NCBI RefSeq assembly: GCF_009914755.1
Contig: NC_060940.1
From: the human T2T-CHM13v2.0 reference genome, Homo sapiens
Length of the DNA stretch: 64,000 nt
Reading direction: 5' to 3' (one strand)
Positions 26,726 to 39,966 of this stretch are shown piece by piece. The translations under genes and the position numbers were made by a program. The first letter of the stretch is position 1. The number at the start of each line of letters is the position of its first letter. The notes beneath the pieces are model-generated. The model searched no databases. It saw nothing but the letters and a program-made list of their open reading frames with translations, and was not told where the DNA came from.

Positions 26726-29700
26726 AAAATTTGTGAATACGAAATGTTGGGTGCTTCCTTCAGGGTCACAGAGCAGCAGCAAATTTGGGTCAAGTCTGCA
26801 CATCCTCAACTGCAAATGCTATTTGGGGCCCTCTCAGACCCTCAAAATTTGTGCTCATGAGCAGGTATCCTCTCAGTTCCCTGAAGCTTCTAATGATGAC
26901 TGACTTAGTTGCCCTAGTTTTTGAGGACTGCAGACCTCATTGTGGTGTGTTTGAGTCACTCATTTATACCTGGACACCTGCTCTGAATCCACGGGGCAAC
27001 TCTCTGATAATGAGGAAACTTTTCCCCTCTGATTTATGAAAATTAGCACCATTGCATTATTTTTCATGCCTCACAAATCTCCCCCAACCAAACCCGAGTC
27101 ATTAATATGAATCTAAAAGAAATTTACTTGAACTACCACCTGGCATCATAAAGAGCTTTTGCTCCTCCCATAACTCCATTACTGTTTTCATCATGATTAT
27201 ATTATCTTCTGTGATCCTCTTGATAGTCCTATGAGATAGTCAAGGAAGCTATTATTATCTCCATTTTGCAGATGGGGCGATGGCAGCTCTCTAACTAAGC
27301 CAGGGCTCAAAGGCAGGAGATGAAAGGAGCTAGGAGATGAGGCCCAGCAGTCTTCCCCAGCTCAGAAAAGGACATTACCATCTGCCCCGTTACTAAAGCC
27401 CAGAGCCTGGGAATCTCCTCACTGCTAATATTCAGTCTGTCAACAGAAACCGTTTACTCCAGTTGGTGTCTCCAACCTTCTTGCTCCTCTTCACTTTTCT
27501 GCAGAACCTCTGGTCCAAGTTACCATCATTTCTCCCTTCAGCAGGCTTCTGGCTTCTGCTCTCAACCCTACTCCTTTGCCCTCCATCTCCAATCCATTTC
27601 ACCCAGAGGAGCTGCTCCTTATACCTGGAATGCTATTGCCTCTGGCTTTTCTTGGGGTTAGCTTGCTCTTCCTGCAGAATGCAGCCGGGAAGTTCCTGAC
27701 CATCCTCGTCTCTGTCATCTCCATGTCTACTCCCTTGCTAAAGGCTAGAGCTTCCCAGTCCTCTTTCTGTAACATGTTTCCATGTGTTCCTGGTCTATAC
27801 CACCACATTCCTGCCACCACTGGAGTGTAGCTCCATGAAGGCAGAGAACTTGTCCATCATCCCAGTGTCCGGGATGTGGAATGTGCTCAGTAAACACTTG
27901 GGGAATAAATGAACTTAAACAAATGGGTGAAAAGAAACATTAAGTTGGTTATGTGTATTAACAATCAGAATTTCCCTCTTCTTCTTTTCCATAGGATTCC
28001 TGATACATTTGGCACTTATATGCATAGTATCTGGGTATAAAAGTTCCTTAATCAGTGGTTAATGAAAGAATGGATGAATGAATAGATGGATGGATGAACT
28101 TTTTCCATCCATCTGGAATAGATGATGGTTGAATGAATAGATGGATGGATGAATCACTTTTTGATTCTACATATTTTTCCTTTTAAATTTCCTTTAATTT
28201 TTATAACCAAATAACCAAGTTTATATTCCTTTGTAATCTCCCTTCCCCCATCTTCTCTTTTCCAATATCTTCTCTATCTCTTTTGCGACTGTTTTGGGGT
28301 TATGTTCTCCTTAGACAAAAGGTTCTTAGGTGGCCCAAACAATGAGGTCTTACTACAATAGCATGGGCTGTTTTCCAAATGCACTACATTGTTTGTTTGT
28401 TTGTTTGTTTTGGCATTAGTTCCCTTCCTTCATAGATATAACAGAAAGAAAACATTGTATTATACAAGAACATATCCCACCTACAAGCATTTTTGATTTA
28501 CAGATACAGAAAGTGGTTCATTTGAGGGTCAATATAAAAAAAACACAACATTAATCCTAAAACTGGCACCTGAAAGACTAAATCATCCAAAAATCCAGTC
28601 TCTGTAAGTTCCTATGATTCAATCACAGCAATGATTTTTTTTTTCTTATCAAGACAGCCTCCAAGGTATTTGGCAACATTTTCACCCATGATCCCTACTT
28701 CTGATATTTCTTCCCTACTGGGACACTGGTCATTAGTCCTCCAAGCACTCAAAAGGTGGTCCTTTCAATCTTCCCCACTGCTGTAAGGAAATGTCTCTTG
28801 GTTTCTTGTCAGCACAACCACCACTGTTTCTATTTCTTTCTTTCTCCCTTCGTGGTGCCATTTTCTTCCTATCTACTCTCTCATGTGTCACACAATGTAA
28901 AATGCCATTCCTTGAAACAGCTGTCCCTTGGGCAACATGAGGCTCTTTATCCCCTTCAAGATCGTACGTACAAAACAAATACATTCCCCCTCCATCCCAC
29001 AATTGCCATGCATTATGTCTGCCTGCCACCTCTCTTGTATAATGTTACGTGATTTACTTTCTCTGGGTTTTAGCTTATTTGCTCATGTTCTTTCTTGAGG
29101 ATAAGAAAAGAAGCGTTTATTTAGCACTTACTGGGTGTTGGATTCTGTCCATTTCAGTTGCAGCAAGCTAATGAAATAGGAGTTTCCTTTTTTACTTCCA
29201 GTTTTTCAAAGGCGTTGCAGGTTTTTGGACAAGGGGAGGAAAGATGTGCTCCTTACAGTGATTCAAGAGCCCAAGCTGGTAACTGCTCTGACATTTTAGA
29301 CATAAAGCTAGCAAGACTGCTTTGGGTGTAAACAACCACCGTGCAGAAGTGGAAAGAACATGGATGATTATGAGTAAGAAACTTCTATGGGGGCTAGCCT
29401 AGGAATGAACATATCACTTTAGCTCATATTCCATTGGCTAGAACTCAGTCACATGACCATATCTGATTGCAAGGGAGCCTGGGAAATATAGTCTATATGT
29501 CCAGGAGAAGGAGAAAGTGGGCTTGAAGAGCAGCTAGCCTAATTTTCCAACCAGAGTTGGATGTTTTACACAGTTACCTTATTTAACCCTAATAACAATA
29601 AGGTAAAGAAGGTGTTGTTATCACCATTATTAATGAGGAAATTGAGGCCCAAAACACAAAGTAAATTGCAAGGGAGCACATCACTATTATAGCTAAGAAG

Positions 29701-29839
29701 TTGTAGTGTCTGATGCGAACACAGGGCCATGTGACTCCAACTCAAGTTTCTTCTCATGGAATTACAATTCTTCTCTAGGGAAGGAAACAATCTGGATCTG
29801 GAGCTCACAAAGTAGCCAAGAAAGCCGTTAACAGATACT

Positions 29840-30035
29840 AAATGTGTGTGTGGTAAACTCCCCACTGGCCTCACAAGAGCGTTACCCTGGCTATTTGGTT
29901 AGGAAGTACTTGTCCACCCACCCTACTCCCTACAGCCCAAGGTAACTTCTCTATCAGAACATTTGTTTTATTCCTTCAAAGGAACCTATCTGGCTACTTT
30001 ATTTGATCCTAATAAATGAGATGTTTTGTGTACAT
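29840..30035 (+). repeat. 196-bp dispersed direct repeat, copy 1
   Basis: Ungapped match to 32619-32814; 15 mismatches by hand count. Confidence 0.92.
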
Positions 30036-31467
30036 TTAATCAAAATCTCCCCAGCTTAATTAATCTAACACTATTTTGCCCAGTGATAAATTTAGTTAAC
30101 GACCATATCATTTAAAATTCAATACCCTTGAGTGTTTCACATTCATTTGTGGATCTCATTCGTTTTGGTCCCTGAAAACCAAATTTAAAGAATAGGTTTT
30201 TATCAATGTCACTAAAAACCACTCAGAATCTTCAGAAGTAGATAAAATATAAGACAACACCCACACCAATATAGAGAAAGCCCATCTTTCATATATTGTG
30301 AAAATTCAATAAATACACACTCACACACGAAATACAAAGTTAAATTGAAATGCTCTTAAACGTATTGCCTAGGTTCCTATGATGCCATAAAAATGTTTTT
30401 TTAAAACACTGGGAATGCATTTGACTGTATTTAGAACTCCCTAAAGGAAGAATGAGTTTCAATGATGTAACCACTAGGTGAGTTGCTGGTTAAGAGAAGT
30501 GGGTTTAGATAAACTGGTTCAGTTAGTCTTTCGTAGACCTCAGTGTTACCTTGTTTGAAGGTGTATTTCCTCTGGTACTACTAACCAGTCAACCTAGCTA
30601 AGTCTGTCAAAGACGAGATTGTGCTAATGGAAGCTTGGGAATCCAGCCCCCACTCCGTCAATTTATTCCAGTTTCTACTGCAGTTCTAGGCTTGTTGTTG
30701 ACTGCTTGTGGTAGCTTTGATACAGGGATGTGATTGGGTTTGTTGACAAAGGATAATAGGCCAGGGAGTTGGAGTTACTACTGCAAAGAGACCTACTCTT
30801 CTTCCTCTAGTAAGTGATCAAAAAAAGAATTATGTGCTGGTTCCACTTGTTAAAAGTTAAGCAGATGCCTCTTTTGGAAGCTCTATCAGTTAAGGTGCTC
30901 ACTGAGAGCCCCAGGACTCAGTCCTCAGTGGCTTTCTCTATTTTTACCTGTTCCCTTTTTAAGATCAGCTAGTTTCGTGGCTTCAAAGACCTTTATATTC
31001 AATGTATATCTCCCAATCCAGATCTATTAACTCTAGATTTGTAAATCCAATTCTCTCCTCAACATTCCAACTTGGATGTCTCAAAAAGCACCTCAAAATT
31101 AAAATGCCCAAAGGAAATTATTCATGTCTCAACTAAGACCCTATTTCTCTGTGAGTCTTCCTCTTCTCTAAAAATGGCAGCTCTAGTCTTCCTTTTTGCT
31201 TAAGGCAGGAACCTTAAGCAGTCCTTGGACTGGAGCAGTCCTTGGTTCTTCTCTTTCTCCCACACCTCAAACTCAATCTACTGGCAAATTCTGTTGATGC
31301 TGCCACATCTCATCACATCTCCAACACATTTATCTTCATCCAAGCCATCATCACCTGATACTTTCATTATTTCACCCACCTTCTAATTTCACCCACCTCC
31401 TTATCCTTCTTCAAGCCTTATCCCCCGAAAGCCTCTTCTCCCCACAGCAATCAAAGTGATGTCTCCC

Positions 31468-31888
31468 ACCCAGGTGCCCATCAGTGGTGGATTGGATGAA
31501 GAAAATGTGGTACATAAACACCATGGAATACTATGCAGCCATAGAAAAGAACAAAATCATGTCATTTGCAGCAATATGAATGCAACTGGAAACCATTATC
31601 CTAAGCAAACTAAGGCAGAAACAGAAAACCAAATACTGCATGTTCTCATTTATAAGTGGGAGCTAAGCATTGAGTAAACGTAGTCATAAAAATAGGAATG
31701 ATAGACACTGGTGAATACAAGAGTGGGGAGGGAGGGGAGTAAGGATTGAAAAAAACTAAAATTGAATACTATGCTCATTTCCTGGGTGATTGGTTTATTC
31801 ATACTCCAAACTTTAGCATCATGCAATAAACTTTTGTGACATACTTGCACATATACCCCTGTGATTCCGAAATAAAAGTCGAAAACAA
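31468..31888 (+). mobile_element. L1 3' fragment (L1PA16/L1PB-like) inside an L2 relic
   Basis: ORF2 C-terminal and 3'UTR sequence (gaaaatgtggtacata...catgttctcatttataagtgggagctaa); flanks ~30900-32200 are L2-like. Confidence 0.8.
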
Positions 31889-32618
31889 GCAATCTTTCCA
31901 ATGTGTAAGTCTGGCCATGCCCCTCATCCCTACCGTGGAATCCAGGCAGTGGCTCCCATTTCACTGAAGGTAAAATCTCAAGTTCTTAAAATGACCTGCA
32001 GGACTCTTCTGCCCTCATCTCTGCCCACTCTCCCAATCTTCTTTCCAGTCACGCTAACCTCTCCCTGGTCCTTGGAAAAGCCAGACGGGCTTTCGCCCCA
32101 GAATGCTACACCTGCTATTTCCCCAGGCTTCCCCCATGGGGCTTGCTTTCTTACTTCTGCATCCCTGTTCAGATGTTACCTCTAACCTGGTCTTCTGATT
32201 AAAATCACTGCAGTGTGCACATATCGAATTGCCTCTGTTTCACTGTATATAGTCTGGGACTGTCACTCACTTAGATTCTAAACTAGGAAAATTAGATGTT
32301 TTCTACTAGGACTTTGAATATTTAGCAGGGTGGTATAGAAAGAGAAGATGAAGAAGAGTAGGAAGGGGAAGAACAGAAAAATAAGGAATGGAAGAAAGAT
32401 AAAATGAAGAACAAAAGATACAGTGAAACCTGACTTGTTCCTATGGTGGTTTCCTAAGACCGTAGACCCAGTTCTGCAGCCTGTGTCCACAGAGCTTCCC
32501 AATTTCCTACCTCTTCCAAGCCTATTCATAACAGACTCCTTATCAGTCTTTCATATATCATTCAAGTAAATTTCCCTTTTACAATAGTTGGCCAGAGACA
32601 TTTCTTGGTGTCTGTTGA

Positions 32619-32814
32619 AAATGTATGTGGGGTAAACTCCCCATTGGCCTCACAAGACCGTCATCCTGGCTATTTGGTTAGGAAGTACTTGTCCACCCAC
32701 CCTACTCCGTACGGCCCAAGGTGACTTCTCTATAAGAACATTTACTTTATGCCTTCAAAGGAACCTATCTGGCTACTTTATTTGATCCTAATAAATGAGA
32801 TATTTTGTATACAT
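32619..32814 (+). repeat. 196-bp dispersed direct repeat, copy 2
   Basis: Ungapped match to 29840-30035. Confidence 0.92.
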
Positions 32815-33778
32815 GTTCTAAGTGGTGAACCAAAACACATGTGCGTAAGTTGAAGGAAAAGCCAAGAGGAGCATGTTCAAGGACACTGTAGAGTATGAGG
32901 TTTGAATAACTCAAAGGGTCCTGATTTATAGTCATGCAGCTCAAACCAACCCTCTGGTGAGACTAGCAATATGGAATAACATGTCCAGCCACATACCTTT
33001 GGGCAGTTTTGAGAATACTTGACAATGATGGTGAATAAAGGCTCAGTGACCTGCTCCAAAACTCACAGCAAAAATGTGAGCAAGAGGAAAGTGAAACCAG
33101 ATACCATGTCTTCCTGTGCTGTTCCCCTAGCACAGATAAAGAGGGCAGAAAAGATCTCATGGGAACTATTCCCAAGCCCTCTGCCCATATCCTTCATGGA
33201 GTCACCTTCTCGTTAATCTCCTTCTGCTGAGTGCAGCATGAATTGTCATGCCCTGTGGGCAAGGGCTTAGGCAAAGCCAAAACAGCAACAACTGATATTT
33301 CACATCAGCATGTGCTGTTCACCTGCTGTCCTGTGGCCTCTTTGGCCATTCTAGCCCTCGACTATCTAGAATGTTCTTCCCCGTCTTCACAACTTGGGCT
33401 AGCTACCTCCTCTTTTCCAACTCTCTGAGGGGTTAGTTATTCTCTGTTCTGATCTGACAGTGCCTTGAATGGTTCTTTATTTCCATCAACTCTCATTACC
33501 TTCTAGCATGAAAAGGGCTTGGTGTTGGAGTTGGATAATCCTGGATCAAATCTCAGCCTAAGGGTGCCATACGTATATATGGAATTAAAGAATTTGTTGC
33601 CCATAGAAATCGTTTAACACAAAACTACACACACACACACATATATATGTAGTTTTATGTATGTTTATATATGTGTGTGTGTGTGTATATATATATAAAA
33701 TGCCATTAGGCTGAGATTGGCATACAAACACACACACACACACACACATATGCACACACACACATACATGCACATATG

Positions 33779-34658
33779 TATTTCAATAGCTTTTGGGGTA
33801 CAAGTGGTTTTTGGTTACATGGATGAAATGTATAGTAGCAGAGTCTGATATTTCAGTGCACCTGTCACTGGAGTAGTGTATATTGTAGCCAAAATATAGT
33901 TTTTTATCCCTCACTGCCACTCACTCACCCTCTTTCTGAGTCTTCAATGTCCATTATACCACTCTGTTTGTCTTTGCATACCCATAGCGTAGCTCCCACT
34001 TACAAATGAGAACATATGATATTTGGTTTTCCATTCTTCAGTTACTTCACATAGAATAATGGCCTCCAGCTCCATCGAAGCTGCTGCAAAAGACATGATT
34101 TCATTCTCCTTATGGCTGAGTAGTATTACATGGTGTATAGGTACCACATTTTCTTTATTCACTCATCGGTTGATAGGCTCTTAGGTTGGTGCCCTATCTT
34201 TGCAATTGTGAATTTGTGCTGTGATAAACATACGTGTGCAGGTATCTTTTTGAAATAATGACTTCTTTTCCTTTGGGTAGGTAGAGAGTAGTGGGATTGC
34301 TGGAGCGAATGGTAGATCTGCTTTTAACTCTTTGAGAAATCTCCACACTGTGGAAAACACTGTTCTATTTTCTATGGAAAATAGAGGTTTTCTATTTTCT
34401 ATTTTCTATGGAAAATAGAGGTTGTGCTAATTTACATTCACATCAGCAGTGTATAAGCATTTCCTTTTCACCACATGCATGCCAACATCTATTGTGTCTT
34501 GACTTTAATAATGGCCATTCTGACTGGGGTAATATGGTATCACACTGTGGTTTTAATTTGCATTTCCCTAATGGTTAGTGATGTTGAGCCTTTTTTCATA
34601 TATTTCTTGGCCATCTGTACATCTTCTTTTGAGAAGTGTCTATTCATGTCATTTGCAC
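33779..34658 (-). mobile_element. L1PB-like 3' fragment
   Basis: tttcaatagcttttggggtacaagtggtttttggttacatggatgaa... antisense L1 3'UTR and ORF2 end. Confidence 0.85.
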
Positions 34659-36117
34659 TAGTGGCATATTATTAGGTATTTTTGGTTGGGTTACTCTCTG
34701 AGCCTAACTCTTCTTGCTAAGATGGGAATCAGGGAGCTCACTTTTCAGAATTAGGAATTAAAGGATTTGTTGCCCATGGAAATCACCTAACACAAAACTA
34801 CATCATAAATCATGTGTAATTGATGCTTAACCATAACCAACTCTCTTTTCCTTTTTGGTTGCTTATAAATGAAAAGGCAGAAGTGAATAGTGGTTAAGAG
34901 CAAGAGTGGACTTATTGGAATCCTGCCAGCTAGGTGACCTTGGACAAGTCACTGAACTTGCCTGTACCTCAGTTTCTTTATTTGTAAAATAGAAATAAAA
35001 ATAATTTTCACCCCAGAGGATCATTTTAAGGATTAATTGAGTTTATTCTTGTAAAGCTTTTGGAATAGTAAGATCTTAATAAATGTGAATGTCTAACAAT
35101 TGTTGGTATGAGTAAGTTTTAGATTTTGTCATGGATTTCTCAAATAGGCTAGGAACTCCTTGATGACAGGGACCATGTAATATAAATCTTTATCTTACCG
35201 GACTTAGCAGAGTGGCTGGCATATAGTGATTAATCGGAAATTCCTTAGCAAATGAATGAATAAACGTATGTTAGGTGTTGAGCATTGGTGCCTAATGGGT
35301 CCTGGCCTGGAAGCGCTAAGAGGAATTCTGCCTGCCTGACCCATCCTGCCCCACCCTGCCCCACCACCTCAGCCCATCCTAGAGACACAGAGTAACCTAG
35401 ATTATACAGGAACAAACATGTTGAGGCCTAAATTAAGTGTGGGATGAAACCAGAAAGATGACATCACAAATAACTCATAGAAGAAAAAGAAATGCTCGTT
35501 CAATGCACTCTCCGGCAAAATGAACTGATTTACTAGAGCAAATTACCAACTGTAAAATATTTACAGCTAATTCCCTGTACCTTCCAGGGTGGCTGTGGCA
35601 AAGGGAGGCAGGTTGTTGAGGCAGTAAAAGCTGGATGCAATTTCTATTTCAGCGGCCCCGTTTCCTGCAGCAACCTCGGGCGACAGCATCATTTATATCT
35701 TCCACGCACACAATCTTTTCTGCTTGTGCGTGAGTCTCGATTACAGGCAGTTGAGGTTTGTGTGGTAGGCATTATGCATTTATGAGCCAGAGCAAACATT
35801 TACTAGTGGTAGTAATTCGTCTGAGGGTGGGGAGAGAGAAGAGCGGGAGCAACCAGGCACAGCACTGGTTCCCTGACAGTGTATCAAGGACCTGGGCATG
35901 GCTGGGGAAGAAATGTTCTGTCCATCTGGAGGCTCCTGCTCCCCCAGGCATGTCCATCACCCCACACCTCTAATCTATGAGATCAACACAGCCTTGGATC
36001 GTTTCTCATCCCTGTATACACTGCAGTGTACACGGTCTTATATTGTCAATGCCCAGTTCTCCAGCTGAGATCTCTTTTCAACTCATATACTCACTGTTTT
36101 TTTTTTTCTGTTTTTAG

Positions 36118-36728
36118 ACATTTATTTTTTTTCCCAGCTCTATTTAGGTGTCATTGACAAATAAAAATTACATATGCAGTATTTATCACATACAATGTAA
36201 TTCAATATATGTATGCATAGTGACATGGTTAAAATAAGCAAATTAACATATCAATCACATCACACACTTTTTTTTGTGGTGAGAATATTTAAGATCTACT
36301 TTCAGCAATTTTCAAGCATACAATATATTAATATTAGCTATAGTTACTGTGCTGTATAATAGATCTATGGAACTATCCTAAGTGAAACTTTGTACCCATT
36401 GACCGATATTTTCCTGTTTCCCACTATCCTTCACCCCCTGAACCTGGCAACCATCATTCTATTCTCTGCTTCTAGGAATTCAGTTTTTTTTAGATTCTAC
36501 ATATAAGTAAGATCATGAGGTATTTGTCTTTCTGTGTCTTGCTTATTTCACTTAGCATAATGTCCTCCAGGTTCATCCATGCTGTTACAATGACAAGATT
36601 TCCTTCTTTTTAAAGAATGAATAATATTCCTATATCTGTATATATTATATATATGGTATACATACATCACATTTTCTTTATATGTTCACCTGTTGATGGA
36701 CACTTAGGTTGATTTCATGTCTTGGCTC
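36118..36728 (-). mobile_element. L1MA-like 3' fragment
   Basis: ttgacaaataaaaatt...gtggtgagaatatttaagatctac...cttatttcacttagcataatgtcctccaggttcatccatg. Confidence 0.8.
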
Positions 36729-37431
36729 AGAATATTTCCATTTGGATGTAGACGAGGCATCTCAAACATACCATGTGTGAAGCAGATCTCCTGACCTCCC
36801 TACACCATGCCCAAGTCTTCTCCTCCCAATGTCTTCCTTCAAGCTAGTAAATATTTTATTCTTCCAGTTTCTCAGGCCTGATACCTTGGAGTTACCCTGA
36901 CATCCCTCTTCTTATTATATCCACACCAAATTCTATTGGCCCTTTCTTCCAAATAATGTCAACAATCTTCCCACTTCACCGCTCTCATCGTTCTCTCTTT
37001 GTACTTCTGCAATTGCTTCCTTGTGGGTTTTCCTATGCAGTCAGTTCCCAATGCATCAGTTACAGTGGGCCTTGGAAATTGTAATTCAGATCATGACAGT
37101 TCTGTGCTCAGAAACTACTGAGGACTCCTCACGGCACTCAGAATAAAGTTTCATCATCTAGTCTTGCACTACCTCTCTGATCTCTCCTTCCACTGTCTCC
37201 CTCTCTCACGCTCTCCAGCTACACCAGCCTCCTTCTTGTCTGCGTGCACAACACTAAAAACACTCCTATCTCAGAATCTTTTCACTATTTCTTTTTAGAA
37301 CAGGTTTTCCCTAGAGAGCCATGTAGTTTGTCCCTTTACTTCTTTCAGTCTGCTTAAATGCTTGTAAGGGTGTGTGTGTGTGCACGCGTTTGGGGTACAA
37401 TTTATTTTTTTTGTTAAGTAGGGAAGGATTT

Positions 37432-37751
37432 ATTTTATTTTATTTTATTTTGAGACAGGGTCTTGCTCTGTCCCCCAGGCTAGAGTGCTGTTGTGCGATC
37501 ATGGCTTACTGAAGCCTGGACCTTCTGGGCTTAAGTGATCCTCCCACTTGATCTTCCTCCCACCTCAGCCTCCCGAGTAGCTGAGACTACAGGTGTATAC
37601 CAGCACATCTGGCTAATTAAAAAAAAATGTTTGTAGAGATGGGCTCTGTTGTCCAAGCTGTTCTTAAACTCCTGGCCTCAAGTGATCCTCCAGCACTAGC
37701 ACTGGCTTCTCAAAGTGCTGGAATTAAAGGCATAAGCCACTGTTCCTGGCC
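37432..37751 (-). mobile_element. AluJ-like
   Basis: (TTTTA)n tail and diverged dimer; interrupts an old L1. Confidence 0.87.
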
Positions 37752-38106
37752 AGAAGGAGGTCTTTTTTTTTTTTCATTTTCATTTTTTATTTTTTTCTAT
37801 ATCAGGCCACTGCTGGAGACATCTTTTTCTTAATTTAAAAACACAGGCAAAAATGTGTATAGTTTAGAACATAAGCATATTGAAGCTATAATGAAAACAA
37901 GGGGATGGTTAATATATAATTCAGTATAGTAGTGGCTAACTGGATGTGATGATGGAGGAGGCCACAGGGAACTTTTCCATTCCTTCAGCTGGGCAGCAAG
38001 TATGGGAATTCCTTTTATTATTTTTCTTTTAAACTGAACACATAGATTTTTATATCCTTTTTAATACATATTTTATAATGAAAATGTTTTTAAAAATTAT
38101 CTTTTG

Positions 38107-38402
<296 letters not shown>

Positions 38403-38447
38403 TTCTCTTTTGAGCCCTGCCACAATTTATATTTATAAACTCTTGCC

Positions 38448-38461
38448 CCAGTAGATGGTGC
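38448..38461 (+). promoter_or_regulatory. Candidate CTCF motif
   Basis: ccagtagatggtgc vs consensus CCASYAGRKGGCRS (one mismatch). Confidence 0.45.
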
Positions 38462-38852
38462 TGTGTCTTGGGAGGCTCTAAATGAAGGAGTGCACTAGCT
38501 TATTGGGTTGCAGCTTGGAGTCCATGGAAGCTCATATGTGAATCTTGAGAAAATCAATTTCAACTTTTACCCTCTGAATGGAATTTTGTGTGAAACCATG
38601 CTCGAGTGTGTGTGTGTGTGTATGTGTGTGTGTGTGTGTGTGTGGTGTCTTAAGACTGTAATATCTAAGATTAACTTGGGTGATCACTAAAACTCCAGAA
38701 GTGCTTTTCCACATTATAACCAGGCTTGAAGCCTTAAAGCCTCTACATCTTTTTTTTTTTTTTTTTTTTTTGAGACGGAATCTAGCTCTGTCACCTGGGC
38801 TGGAGTGCAGTGACACGACCTCGGCCCACCACAAGCTCCACCCAGAAGGAGG

Positions 38853-39600
38853 TCTTAAACAAGAAACAAAAGTGAACTACTAGCTATGAGATAAAAAATA
38901 ATAAATTAGACTACATTAACATTAAAACTTCTGACCATCTGAAGATGATAAAGAAAATGATAAATTAAGCCACAAACTGGAAGAAGATATTTGCAGTCTA
39001 TATGAAAGAGAATGGAGTACTACTCAGAATATGCAAAGAACTCCTACAAATAAAAAAGAAAAAAAACAATTTGAAAGAAAAACAAGCAGATGATATAGAT
39101 ATTTCACCCATGAGGACACACAAATTACCAAGAAACATAGGGAAAAATCTCTTAAATTCAGGGAAATTCAAATTAAAGCAATAGCACACATTAGGTAACA
39201 AAGAGTCAGATGAATGTGAACTCATAGGCACAGGTGGAAGGACTATAACTTGCTACAAGCATTTTGTAAAACAAAGTGGCATTAGCTTATAAGGTGAGCG
39301 TTTCCATTGCTCGGAACATACCCTAAAGAAACTCTTGCTCTTTTATGCCAGGAAGCATATACAAAAATATACATAGCAGCCTTGTTCATGAAGCAAAAAT
39401 ATAGAAGCAATGGCAGTGTCTATCATCAGAAAAATGAGTAAGTAGTGCCATAGTCACACAATGGATTATAATGCAGCAGTGAAAATGGATGGGCACACAA
39501 GAATTGATTTTGTTTAAATTTTTTAAATTTACAGAAGACTAAGCAGAACATTATGCCATTTTTCAAATAAAAAAGATTAAACAATATGTTGAGAAATACA
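38853..39600 (+). mobile_element. Old L1M (L1MC/ME-like) ORF2 3' fragment
   Basis: aaattagactacattaacattaaaacttctg...aaactggaagaagatatttgca...cagaatatgcaaagaactcctacaaat. Confidence 0.7.
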
Positions 39601-39606
39601 ACATAT

Positions 39607-39966
<360 letters not shown>

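Noticed and set aside
28733-29052. Minus-strand peptide CCPRDSCFKEWH resembling a transposase Cys-rich tail; overlapping 98-aa ORFs
   Set aside because: The frame is full of stops, the motif is short and I found no TIRs; it cannot be supported without an HMM search.
29840-32814. Reading the 196-bp repeats as the LTRs of a provirus
   Set aside because: No TSD, PBS or PPT, and the interior is old L2/L1 sequence with no gag/pol remnants.
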